A DNA stretch of 64,000 nucleotides from Narcine bancroftii (lineage: Eukaryota). Under the pieces are notes generated by a model, which saw only the letters and a list, made by a program, of their open reading frames with translations, was not told the origin of the DNA and did not search any database. The DNA lies in NCBI RefSeq assembly GCF_036971445.1, contig NC_091478.1, positions 4,898,001 through 4,962,000 on the forward strand, read 5' to 3'. A program made the position numbers and the translations under genes. How positions within the stretch are numbered: the stretch's first letter is position 1; the number at the start of each line of letters is the position of its first letter. Shown here piece after piece: positions 13,764 through 25,964 of the stretch.

Positions 13764-13871
13764 CCAGCCGGGAGGAAGGATCCTGGCCCGTAACCGTGAC
13801 AGCCAGCCAGGATGAAGGGCCCTAGCCCGTAACCGCGACAGCCAGCCGGGAGGAAGGGCCCTGGCCCGTAA
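13764..13871. repeat. About 3 x 39-bp tandem repeat inside a Penelope-like terminal fragment (about 13670-13925)
   Basis: Units start at 13764, 13803 and 13842. Confidence 0.85.
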
Positions 13872-14689
13872 TGTGCTCTGATTTTGTTCCATCTGCTGAT
13901 TTCCTCCAGCAAAATGTGTGCTGTTCCATTGAATGTTATGGAAATGAAATCAACAAATATCTTTCCTTTGTTTGCCCTGCATTGATAGCATGGCCTCCAA
14001 AGGCCCTGGAACCAAACCCAGCCAGCCTGTTGTTCAGCAGTGAACCCAACCTTGGGGGATCTAAATTGAACGTCCTTGAAGCATTAGGAAGCCATTAGCA
14101 CCTTCATGAATTCTGCACGCCAGAATCCAGTTGCCTTCAGCCTTGCCGTGAGGCCTTTGATTGCTGAGCCCCAAGCTGGTGCCTGCCATTTCAGCCACAG
14201 AGTGCACTCCATAGGGCACCCTGCTGGGATAGTTAGAAGCCTTCTCAGACACATTCCTACAGCTTGCCCTGACCTTCCCTACGGCTGTGGCTTTCCTTTT
14301 CTGTCGGGCTCTCTGCAGGGCTGGTCTCCACAGACGTCAGTTCTTGATCATCTCAGAATGCATTATCTGGCTCATGGCAGTTGGAATACAGATCAAAATT
14401 TTAGGTACAGCTAATGAATATTTGAACAAAAAAAAATAACATCCTTGGCATTTTTTTAAAAATTAACAGTCTTTGGATTAGTTTTTAATTTCAGAGAAGT
14501 GCAGCACAGAAAAAATAAGTATGTGGATTTCCTGTGGTGAATTGAGGGTTCCAAGGTTAAACAGCTCAAATTCAAAAGAACATAAGAAATAAGGTCAAGA
14601 GTACTCAGCTGGCTGTTTAAACCTTCTTTGCTATCCAGTAAGATCAAGGATGATCTGGCTGCAAACTCGGTTCATAATCCTCAATTTCC

Positions 14690-15560
14690 TTGCCATGGAA
14701 AAGTCTGACGCACACTGGGAGGTTATTTCATTCAGCATCTTCGCTTTGTCCACTGCAACAACAAGGACCTCCCAGTAGTCAACCAGTTTAATTCTACACA
14801 CTATTCCCACACCGACATGTTTATCCATGGCCTCATGCACTGCCAAATGGAGGCTACGTGCGAATTGGAGGAACAATGCCTAATATTCTGGTTGGCACTC
14901 TCCAACCCGACGGCATTGACATCGACCTCCAGTTTCGGTTGAGCCGGTCTCCCAAGTCCTTTCCCTGTCATCCCTCCGCCATCCCTCCGCCATCCCTCCG
15001 CCATCCCTCCGCCATCCCTCCGCCATCCCTCCGCCATCCCTCCGCCATCCCTCCGCCATCCCTCCGCCATCCCTCCGCCATCCCTCCGCCATCCCTCCGC
15101 CATCCCTCCGCCATCCCTCCGCCATCCCTCCGCCATCCCTCCGCCATCCCTCCGCCATCCCTCCGCCATCCCTCCGCCATCCCTCCGCCATCCCTCCGCC
15201 ATCCCTCCGCCATCCCTCCGCCATCCCTCCGCCATCCCTCCGCCATCCCTCCGCCATCCCTCCGCCATCCCTCCGCCATCCCTCCGCCATCCCTCCGCCA
15301 TCCCTCCGCCATCCCTCCGCCATCCCTCCGCCATCCCTCCGCCATCCCTCCGCCATCCCTCCGCCATCCCTCCGCCATCCCTCCGCCATCCCTCCGCCAT
15401 CCCTCCGCCATCCCTCCGCCATCCCTCCGCCATCCCCTCCAGTTCCCCTCTCCCTTCCACCTTCATTCAGATAGCTTACCCTGCCCCGATCACTTGTCAG
15501 CTTCTTACTCTACTCCCATTAGCCTTTGCTCCTCCTCCTGCCTCCCACTTTTTTTGCTCA
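14690..15560 (+). mobile_element. Penelope-like element GIY-YIG C-terminal remnant, split by an 11-bp array
   Basis: DLPVVNQFNS..SHTD...GL.....LEEQ.LI....LQPDGIDI pattern; a homologous copy lies at about 37260-37900(-). Confidence 0.7.
14969..15436. repeat. About 42 x 11-bp perfect array (CATCCCTCCGC)
   Basis: Directly visible; no variant units seen. Confidence 0.97.
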
Positions 15561-16049
15561 CACGAAGTGCTCAGGCAAACTATACCAGAGGTTTTAGGTT
15601 AATTGGGTGCCACAGGCTTGTGGGCCAAAATGGCCGTTATCATGCTGTATGACTAAATTTAAAAATTTTACATTTTAATTTTTAAAAAAATTTAGTTCCT
15701 ATAGATGCTGCAACACTGCTGAGTTTCTTCAGCATTTTTGTTATTGCTCTGCTCAGAATTTATCCATCTGTTATATTAATTTGTTTCCACCCCCCCCCCC
15801 CCCATGCATAATCTACTGGGTAGGCACCTGGCCACATTTAACTGCTTTAACCTTTGTCTGCTTTCTTTTCAATCTCCTCACGAATAAGGTGTGTAAATAT
15901 CAAGATTGCCTTGGTAACCCTTGTCTCATCTGACTGAAGATATTCCCTTAATCCTACAGCATCCCTCCCTCTATTCTTCCTGCAACATAAAACAAATCTG
16001 TATTCTCATTTTTGCAGTTCTGGTGAAGGGACCTCAACCCAAAGTATCA

Positions 16050-16702
16050 GTTCAGTATCTCTTTACACAAAAACTCATTCAGTGTCTTGCTGAAGAAACT
16101 TGCCCTATCAGGGTTTTCCAGATGATCACCTCTTTCTTTCAGGTCACCACAAAATTCCTTTTCTGCTTCCCTTATCTCAGGTGAAACATTATACAACCTG
16201 ATATCTTCTCTTGTATGGACCTCAAGGGCTTTGAACAGGCTGAACTCTGAACTCACAGTCCATCTTCAAAATGGGGTTTCAAACAAGCTGCCAGCTTGTA
16301 ATGTTGCAGAAACCAGTTCTCTCTCTCTCATAGAAAACCTATTTAATCTTTTTTTTCTCTCTCTCTGTGCATACAAAACCACATGACCTTCTTAGAACAG
16401 CAAACTACATTCAGACAGATTGTGGCACCGGACCCAATCTTCTGAGCTCGTTCATCCAAAACAATAATCGATTACTCCACAGCATGTCCAATTAACACCT
16501 ACTTGTGAAGTCCTTCAGCAAAGCAGTTTCCATTGTCTTTGCAAAGGCACTGGGAGCCTGGACTATTTGGCTTGAGTAGAGAGCTGGCATTTTAAATGTG
16601 ATCTGTTTTATGAAGTGTTTGTGTTTGTTTGTGACCTAAAACCCCACAATTTATCTCCCAAAAACATATCTATACATAATATAGAATATAAAAATCTGTC
16701 AC
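16050..16702 (-). mobile_element. Possible LTR fragment
   Basis: Starts TGTGACAG on the minus strand and abuts a CR1 fragment; the other end is not resolved. Confidence 0.3.
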
Positions 16703-16704
16703 AG

Positions 16705-17400
16705 TTGAAGAATAGAGGGACCTTGGGGTCCAAATCCATATATCTTGCAAAGTTGCCATGCAGGTTGATAGGATATTTAAGAAGGCCTATGGGATTCTGG
16801 GCATCATAAGTCAGAGGATTGAGTTCAAGAGTCAAGAGATCATGTTGCAACTTTACATATCTCTGGTGAGACCACACATGGAATATTGTGTTCATTTCTG
16901 GTCACCTCATTATAGGAAGGATGTGGAAGTTAAGGAGAGGGTGCAGAGGAGATTTACTGGGATTGTAAAGCAAGTGTTATGAGGCAAGGTTAGCAGAGCT
17001 AGGATTTTTCTCTTTAGATTGAAGAAGGATGAGAGGTAACGATAGCCGTCTAAAACATTCTGAGAAGCATAGATAGGGTGGACAGCCAGTGTCTTTTTCC
17101 TAAGGCAGGAATAGCAAACTCCAGAGGACATCTGTACAAAATTAAGGGAGGAAAGTTTAAGGGACACATCAGGGGTAAGGTTTTTTTTTAAATAAAAGTT
17201 GTAGGTGCCTGAAGTGCCTTTCCGGGGTGGTGGTGGAGGCTGAAATATTAGGGAATTTAAGAAGATCTTAGAGAGGTACATGGATGAAAGAAAATAGAGG
17301 GTTACAAGGTGGGAAGGGCTTAGATTTTTTTGGTAGGAACATTTAGGTCGGCATAACATCAAGGGCTGAAAGGCCTGTGCTGTAGTGTTCTGTGCTCTAA
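16705..17400 (+). mobile_element. CR1 3' fragment
   Basis: LYISLVRPHMEYCVHFWSPHYRKDV, plus a 3' UTR similar to 7250-7550. Confidence 0.9.
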
Positions 17401-20140
17401 TAACACATAATGATAAAGTGAGAGTCCTTAATGGAGTCTCTGATTTAGTTTGTTGTTGATTCTGATGGTGGATGGATAGCAATTATTCCTGAAATTGGTG
17501 GTATCAGTCTTTTAGAACCTGTACCTCTGTATCCCTTTAAAATCATATTATTTGTGTGCTTATCTGATAATTTATCGCTCTCATCTAATGCCAAATAAAC
17601 ATACAGAATTGTGTTGAATTGATTTTTTTTATATTTCAGCCATAAGTCATGCCTTCACTGCTGGGTGGCTTTACTCCAGAAGTTCAGTTTTAACTCAGCA
17701 TCTGGTGCTGATAGATTTCTATTGGGATTGTGGCAAAGTACAATTCAAGCTTCATTTATTAAAGAAAACTTTTCTTTCTTTTCAAATGTTTTTCTACTCT
17801 TCTGAACATCCAAATAATTATTGGAGGTCGAGTTTAAATTCATAATTTTTTAACATCAGCAGAAATACCCAAGGTTTACCCATCACGATGTTTCACTCAA
17901 TTATGTCAACATTTTTCAGCCCCACCGGCATAACTTTACGCAACTTTTAGTTCAGAAGTTCCAAACTGCACTTTTCAAATCACCTCTCTTCAGATTGTTA
18001 ACCCTTGATCAGTCAGTCTCCTTGATCATTCTCTCCATTTTCTTCAGTATTCTGGTAACTTTCCAATTTAACCCTGGGCTTTCATGGTTTAATTCTCGTG
18101 ACAAGCATCAATTTTGTTTTCTTTATTCAGTAGGGATCCTTTCAGCTTTCGCAGCTTTTTAATTTTATTTGTCATTTGCTCTGACTCAACTTAGAAAATT
18201 AGTTTTATTTTTAGAACTGTACTTTAAGTGTAAAATGTAAACTCAACTAAGGTAGCAAAATAAATGTAAAGTAAATGTTGTTAATTTCACAGAATGGAAT
18301 CTTACTAACTTTATGGCAATGTAGAGGAAGCAAATTTGAAGATGCTGTTGGACCAGTATTTAGCTGCAGAAATGTGGGTGTTGAGGGTGTCTCTCGTGGG
18401 TACATATCCTTGAAGAGCATCATCACAGAAGAGATGTTGACACCCTTCTGCACTGATGTTCACTGTTAAATAGCAAATTAGAAGAATGCTACAAGTGTGT
18501 GAAGCATTATTAGTATTGCTATTAAGAACACAGGAAGCAGATCATTAAAATGCTAAATATTAAAATACCGAGAACTGAAAGAAACCATTAAGAATTGTGA
18601 ACACAGCTCAGGTCATCATGCAAACCAACATTCCCTCCATCTGTACCTCCTGTCTTGGGAAAGCGGTACACATACTAAAGTCCTGGAAGTCAGAAACAGT
18701 CGCCACAATTACTGTTCAGATTTTTTTCTCAAACATCTTTGGTCAGCACTCAACATCCTTCCTTTGTAAATGCTTTTTTTTCTCCCCCCCCCCAAAAAAA
18801 AATACACAACTATCTAAACAGGAAATAATGTTGGGGAAAGAAATATCTTTTCCATTTTGAATCTGTGCTCTCATGGGACAGGACTACTATTGACAGGATG
18901 CAGAGTCAAATTATTATTGCACTGTCCCAAATGAGCCCAAGAACAAGTCATTTTATAATCAGCATTCTTTTTTTTGGCTCCGAAACCACTCATTATTTTC
19001 CGCGCTGAGTGACAGCACCACATTCAGTGTTAATCAATGCTCAGCTATTGACTGTTTTGTACAATGGATTTTTGCCCGCTAGAAAATGGATTAAGGCTTC
19101 CCAAACTCTCTGCTAATTAAGCAATTATAACCATTGGAGAAAAGGATGCGGACATCATAACAGCCTGATTGCACTGCAAGATGGTTTAGTGCTCTCATCC
19201 ATTGATGGCTGTGCTTACTTCCATTCCATCATTCTAAATAAAACCCAGGTTGAAAAAAAACAACACACTTGAATGGAAAGAGCATCATCGTGTATATCTG
19301 TTTACTTCTGATTATTGGATTAAATTCCCTTTCAAAAAGGAATATGTGGAATTACTGGTATTTAATAAGTAATGAAGCAATATTGCAGAGGAAAATCAAA
19401 CTTTAAAGTATTTCAGTCAACAGCACTCCAAAAAACGAAATAATAAGTATAATTTTCTGTCACATACACTTTTGTGTTTGCCCTTTGTTCTATCAATAAA
19501 ACATTCATAGGAAACTCTAAAACAGTGAAAGCTGGAAAATAAAATGCCGATTGCCAAAGTGGAAGAGACATGAGGCATCTTTCCCAGACATGGTATATCG
19601 CAATGCTTTCCTATTGAGGAAGGTTGTTCTTTCAAGTACATCACTTCGGCAATGTAGAAAATAAAATCTGATCTGTGAACAGCAGGACTCCACAAAGAGG
19701 TAAATGGGTAATGATGTTCCCGTGATATTGTCTACTGAATGTGCATTGGCTGGGTCTTTGTTTGCAAAGTAGTATCACAAGTTTTTGCAACAGTGGAAAT
19801 CCTCAACAGGTCACATGAGTTACCTGAAGAGCAAAACGCAGTTAACACCTTACATAAATAACATTGCAGCAGGACTGCCTCAGTGGAAGGATATCAAACT
19901 GATACTTCCCTTCCCTGATTCAGCTTCTGAATATTTATGGTATTATATTTCTCTTACTTCAGGTGTCCAGCATCTACACCAATTTGCTTTTAGATCCTGG
20001 TGAGGTCAGGACCTCACTGTGGCCAGCCACTTTGCTTAAGGAACAGAATATATTATATTTCCAAAATAAAATATATGTTCAATAATGGAGCTTAAAATCA
20101 TTAAATTAATACATTTCCTTTACTTCACCAGGATCTAAGA

Positions 20141-20264
20141 CAGTGATTCTCAACCCTTTATTTCCCCCCCCCCCCACCCACTCACATACCACCTTAAGTA
20201 ATCCCTTACTAACCATGGAGCACCTGTGGTATGTGAGTGGAAAGAAAATGGTTGAGAACCACTG
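20141..20264. mobile_element. hAT-Charlie-type MITE monomer
   Basis: CAGTGATTCTCAACC...GGTTGAGAACCACTG; TSD atctaaga/atctaagg. Confidence 0.85.
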
Positions 20265-21259
20265 ATCTAAGGCCTTCTGTTTTAGCAAAGACAGAAACTA
20301 AGCAAACAATCAAGAGAAATGTCAAGCGTTTCGACTGACTATAATTTACTTCAAATGAAGGTTTCTGGAGACTTAACCATAGTGTGTACTTTCTATACAC
20401 AGAATAAACTATATGATTTGCGACAGTAAAAATTGTTTTCTGAATGTAAGAGAGTTATTTTAAAAGAGATAGTAACTTAATAGTCACTTGGAGTTTCTCA
20501 TATTGACAATCATGTCAGAATCACTGCTTGGGAATACGAGACAATTAGCCAAGAGAAAGCATACCTTGGAAGCCGAGGGTGATACCTTGTATCTACTTGC
20601 TGCAGAGCTGGGAATTTTGTACAGCATTTTTAAAATCACACATTGTCTATGGAGAATCCTCAAAATCCCAAATTAATATAAAATTCTAGATGTAAAACCT
20701 ATTCAGAACATTGCAAAGATGTAGCAGCTTCAGCCAACTTAAAATAATCCAAAATCAAAGTTTCTTGCAGCCAATTTACCAGTGAAGTTGATTTAATAAA
20801 ATTTCCTCACCTATAGCTCATTTTACAAAAATAACATCGAACAACATAATGCATCCTTTAAATTGATTTTAATCTGAGGTAAATAACAAATTTTTAACAA
20901 CTGGTGGGGATGTAACAGTGGAATGTTAATAGATCACAAAACTCACAATTAGATGGCAAATGTCTGATACACACACACCACAGCGACAATTCACCCCATC
21001 CAATTTCTTCATTTAAATTCTAAACTTCTTGTATATTTAAATATCTCACATTTTTCATTTTTTTAGTATTTCTGCCTCTTCAACAGTTTCTCTGAATCTT
21101 AAAAGTAATTTTACCTCCAATATTTTCCAGTTCTGTTCGGAGTCATTGATCTAATCGCCCTTTCACCCTATTCCTCTGTTCACCCATTTTTATTAAAGTG
21201 CCAGTGTCACAAAATATACGACTAAAACATCCAGGAACAAAATGCCTTCTCCTGCTTTT

Positions 21260-22091
21260 NNNNNNNNNNNNNNNNNNNNNNNNNNNNNNNNNNNNNNNNN
21301 NNNNNNNNNNNNNNNNNNNNNNNNNNNNNNNNNNNNNNNNNNNNNNNNNNNNNNNNNNNNNNNNNNNNNNNNNNNNNNNNNNNNNNNNNNNNNNNNNNNN
21401 NNNNNNNNNNNNNNNNNNNNNNNNNNNNNNNNNNNNNNNNNNNNNNNNNNNNNNNNNNNNNNNNNNNNNNNNNNNNNNNNNNNNNNNNNNNNNNNNNNNN
21501 NNNNNNNNNNNNNNNNNNNNNNNNNNNNNNNNNNNNNNNNNNNNNNNNNNNNNNNNNNNNNNNNNNNNNNNNNNNNNNNNNNNNNNNNNNNNNNNNNNNN
21601 NNNNNNNNNNNNNNNNNNNNNNNNNNNNNNNNNNNNNNNNNNNNNNNNNNNNNNNNNNNNNNNNNNNNNNNNNNNNNNNNNNNNNNNNNNNNNNNNNNNN
21701 NNNNNNNNNNNNNNNNNNNNNNNNNNNNNNNNNNNNNNNNNNNNNNNNNNNNNNNNNNNNNNNNNNNNNNNNNNNNNNNNNNNNNNNNNNNNNNNNNNNN
21801 NNNNNNNNNNNNNNNNNNNNNNNNNNNNNNNNNNNNNNNNNNNNNNNNNNNNNNNNNNNNNNNNNNNNNNNNNNNNNNNNNNNNNNNNNNNNNNNNNNNN
21901 NNNNNNNNNNNNNNNNNNNNNNNNNNNNNNNNNNNNNNNNNNNNNNNNNNNNNNNNNNNNNNNNNNNNNNNNNNNNNNNNNNNNNNNNNNNNNNNNNNNN
22001 NNNNNNNNNNNNNNNNNNNNNNNNNNNNNNNNNNNNNNNNNNNNNNNNNNNNNNNNNNNNNNNNNNNNNNNNNNNNNNNNNNNNNNNNNNN
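21260..22091. other. Assembly gap (832 N)
   Basis: Run of N. Confidence 1.
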
Positions 22092-22260
22092 CCTCTCCCT
22101 TCCCTCCTCCCCTCCCCTCTACCTCTCCCCCTACCTCCATTTGCCCACCCCTCCTCCACTTGCCCACCCCTCCTCCACTTGCCCACCCCTCCTCCACTCC
22201 CCCAACTTCTCTCCCCTCCACCCACTCCCCACTTTCACTTCCCCCTCCACCACCCCTCCC

Positions 22261-25200
22261 CCTCTTCCTCCTCCCCCTCTTCCTCCTCCCCCTCTTCCTC
22301 CTCCCCCTCGTCCTCCTCCCCCTCGTCCTCCTCCCCCTCGTCCTCCTCCCCCTCGTCCTCCTCCCCCTCGTCCTCCTCCCCCTCGTCCTCCTCCCCCTCG
22401 TCCTCCTCCCCCTCGTCCTCCTCCCCCTCGTCCTCCTCCCCCTCGTCCTCCTCCCCCTCGTCCTCCTCCCCCTCGTCCTCCTCCCCCTCGTCCTCCTCCC
22501 CCTCGTCCTCCTCCCCCTCGTCCTCCTCCCCCTCGTCCTCCTCCCCCTCGTCCTCCTCCCCCTCGTCCTCCTCCTCCCCTCGTCCTCCTCCCCTCGTCCT
22601 CCTCCCCCTCGTCCTCCTCCCCCTCGTCCTCCTCCCCCTCGTCCTCCTCCCCTCGTCCTCCTCCCCCTCGTCCTCCTCCCCTCGTCCTCCTCCCCCTCGT
22701 CCTCCTCCCCCTCGTCCTCCTCCCCCTCGTCCTCCTCCCCCTCGTCCTCCTCCCCCTCGTCCTCCTCCCCCTCGTCCTCCTCCCCCTCGTCCTCCTCCCC
22801 CTCGTCCTCCTCCCCCTCGTCCTCCTCCCCCTCGTCCTCCTCCCCCTCGTCCTCCTCCCCCTCGTCCTCCTCCCCCTCGTCCTCCTCCCCCTCGTCCTCC
22901 TCCCCCTCGTCCTCCTCCCCTCGTCCTCCTCCCCCTCGTCCTCCTCCCCCTCGTCCTCCTCCCCCTCGTCCTCCTCCCCCTCGTCCTCCTCCCCCTCGTC
23001 CTCCTCCCCTCGTCCTCCTCCCCCTCGTCCTCCTCCCCCTCGTCCTCCTCCCCCTCGTCCTCCTCCCCCTCGTCCTCCTCCCCCTCGTCCTCCTCCCCCT
23101 CGTCCTCCTCCCCCTCGTCCTCCTCCCCCTCGTCCTCCTCCCCCTCGTCCTCCTCCCCCTCGTCCTCCTCCCCCTCGTCCTCCTCCCCCTCGTCCTCCTC
23201 CCCCTCGTCCTCCTCCCCTCGTCCTCCTCCCCCTCGTCCTCCTCCCCCTCGTCCTCCTCCCCCTCGTCCTCCTCCCCTCGTCCTCCTCCCCCTCGTCCTC
23301 CTCCCCCTCGTCCTCCTCCCCCTCGTCCTCCTCCCCTCGTCCTCCTCCCCCTCGTCCTCCTCCCCCTCGTCCTCCTCCCCCTCGTCCTCCTCCCCCTCGT
23401 CCTCCTCCCCCTCGTCCTCCTCCCCCTCGTCCTCCTCCCCCTCGTCCTCCTCCCCCTCGTCCTCCTCCCCCTCGTCCTCCTCCCCCTCGTCCTCCTCCCC
23501 CTCGTCTCCTCCCCCTCGTCCTCCTCCCCCTCGTCCTCCTCCCCCTCGTCCTCCTCCCCCTCGTCCTCCTCCCCCTCGTCCTCCTCCCCCTCGTCCTCCT
23601 CCCCCTCGTCCTCCTCCCCCTCGTCCTCCTCCCCCTCGTCCTCCTCCCCCTCGTCCTCCTCCCCCTCGTCCTCCTCCCCCTCGTCCTCCTCCCCCTCGTC
23701 CTCCTCCCCCTCGTCCTCCTCCCCCTCGTCCTCCTCCCCCTCGTCCTCCTCCCCCTCGTCCTCCTCCCCCTCGTCCTCCTCCCCTCGTCCTCCTCCCCCT
23801 CGTCCTCCTCCCCCTCGTCCTCCTCCCCCTCGTCCTCCTCCCCCTCGTCCTCCTCCCCCCTCGTCCTCCTCCCCCTCGTCCTCCTCCCCCTCGTCCTCCT
23901 CCCCCTCGTCCTCCTCCCCCTCGTCCTCCTCCCCCTCGTCCTCCTCCCCCTCGTCCTCCTCCCCCTCGTCCTCCTCCCCCTCGTCCTCCTCCCCCTCGTC
24001 CTCCTCCCCCTCGTCCTCCTCCCCCTCGTCCTCCTCCCCCTCGTCCTCCTCCCCCTCGTCCTCCTCCCCCTCGTCCTCCTCCCCCTCGTCCTCCTCCCCC
24101 TCGTCCTCCTCCCCCTCGTCCTCCTCCCCCTCGTCCTCCTCCCCCTCGTCCTCCTCCCCCTCGTCCTCCTCCCCCTCGTCCTCCTCCCCCTCGTCCTCCT
24201 CCCCCTCGTCCTCCTCCCCCTCGTCCTCCTCCCCCTCGTCCTCCTCCCCCTCGTCCTCCTCCCCCTCGTCCTCCTCCCCCTCGTCCTCCTCCCCCTCGTC
24301 CTCCTCCCCCTCGTCCTCCTCCCCCTCGTCCTCCTCCCCCTCGTCCTCCTCCCCCTCGTCCTCCTCCCCCTCGTCCTCCTCCCCCTCGTCCTCCTCCCCC
24401 TCGTCCTCCTCCCCTCGTCCTCCTCCCCCTCGTCCTCCTCCCCCTCGTCCTCCTCCCCCTCGTCCTCCTCCCCCTCGTCCTCCTCCCCCTCGTCCTCCTC
24501 CCCCTCGTCCTCCTCCCCCTCGTCCTCCTCCCCCTCGTCCTCCTCCCCCTCGTCCTCCTCCCCCTCGTCCTCCTCCCCCTCGTCCTCCTCCCCCTCGTCC
24601 TCCTCCCCCTCGTCCTCCTCCCCCTCGTCCTCCTCCCCCTCGTCCTCCTCCCCCTCGTCCTCCTCCCCCTCGTCCTCCTCCCCCTCGTCCTCCTCCCCCT
24701 CGTCCTCCTCCCCCTCGTCCTCCTCCCCCTCGTCCTCCTCCCCCTCGTCCTCCTCCCCCTCGTCCTCCTCCCCCTCGTCCTCCTCCCCCTCGTCCTCCTC
24801 CCCCTCGTCCTCCTCCCCCTCGTCCTCCTCCCCCTCGTCCTCCTCCCCCTCGTCCTCCTCCCCCTCGTCCTCCTCCCCCTCGTCCTCCTCCCCCTCGTCC
24901 TCCTCCCCCTCGTCCTCCTCCCCTCGTCCTCCTCCCCCTCGTCCTCCTCCCCCTCGTCCTCCTCCCCCTCGTCCTCCTCCCCCTCGTCCTCCTCCCCCTC
25001 GTCCTCCTCCCCCTCGTCCTCCTCCCCCTCGTCCTCCTCCCCCTCGTCCTCCTCCCCTCGTCCTCCTCCCCCTCGTCCTCCTCCCCCCTCGTCCTCCTCC
25101 CCCTCGTCCTCCTCCCCCTCGTCCTCCTCCCCCTCGTCCTCCTCCCCCTCGTCCTCCTCCCCTCGTCCTCCTCCCCCTCGTCCTCCTCCCCCTCGTCCTC

Positions 25201-25674
25201 CTCCCCCTCGTCCTCCTCCCCCTCGTCCTCCTCCCCCTCGTCCTCCTCCCCCTCGTCCTCCTCCCCCTCGTCCTCCTCCCCCTCGTCCTCCTCCCCCTCG
25301 TCCTCCTCCCCCTCGTCCTCCTCCCCCTCGTCCTCCTCCCCCTCGTCCTCCTCCCCCTCGTCCTCCTCCCCCTCGTCCTCCTCCCCCTCGTCCTCCTCCC
25401 CTCGTCCTCCTCCCCCTCGTCCTCCTCCCCCTCGTCCTCCTCCCCCTCGTCCTCCTCCCCCTCGTCCTCCTCCCCCTCGTCCTCCTCCCCCTCGTCCTCC
25501 TCCCCCTCGTCCTCCTCCCCCTCGTCCTCCTCCCCCTCGTCCTCCTCCCCCTCGTCCTCCTCCCCCTCGTCCTCCTCCCCCTCGTCCTCCTCCCCCTCGT
25601 CCTCCTCCCCTCGTCCTCCTCCCCCTCGTCCTCCTCCCCCTCGTCCTCCTCCCCCTCGTCCTCCTCCCCCTCGT
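22261..25674. repeat. About 228 x 15-bp pyrimidine-rich array (CCTCGTCCTCCTCCC), preceded by short 22-bp repeats at about 22140-22200
   Basis: Directly visible; the first three units have CTT instead of CGT; otherwise mostly C-run indels; runs into a gap. Confidence 0.95.
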
Positions 25675-25964
25675 NNNNNNNNNNNNNNNNNNNNNNNNNN
25701 NNNNNNNNNNNNNNNNNNNNNNNNNNNNNNNNNNNNNNNNNNNNNNNNNNNNNNNNNNNNNNNNNNNNNNNNNNNNNNNNNNNNNNNNNNNNNNNNNNNN
25801 NNNNNNNNNNNNNNNNNNNNNNNNNNNNNNNNNNNNNNNNNNNNNNNNNNNNNNNNNNNNNNNNNNNNNNNNNNNNNNNNNNNNNNNNNNNNNNNNNNNN
25901 NNNNNNNNNNNNNNNNNNNNNNNNNNNNNNNNNNNNNNNNNNNNNNNNNNNNNNNNNNNNNNNN
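25675..25964. other. Assembly gap (290 N)
   Basis: Run of N. Confidence 1.

Noticed and set aside
14801-15652. MAEGWRRDGGG and PSAIPPPSLRH repeat proteins
   Set aside because: Translations of the 11-bp array.
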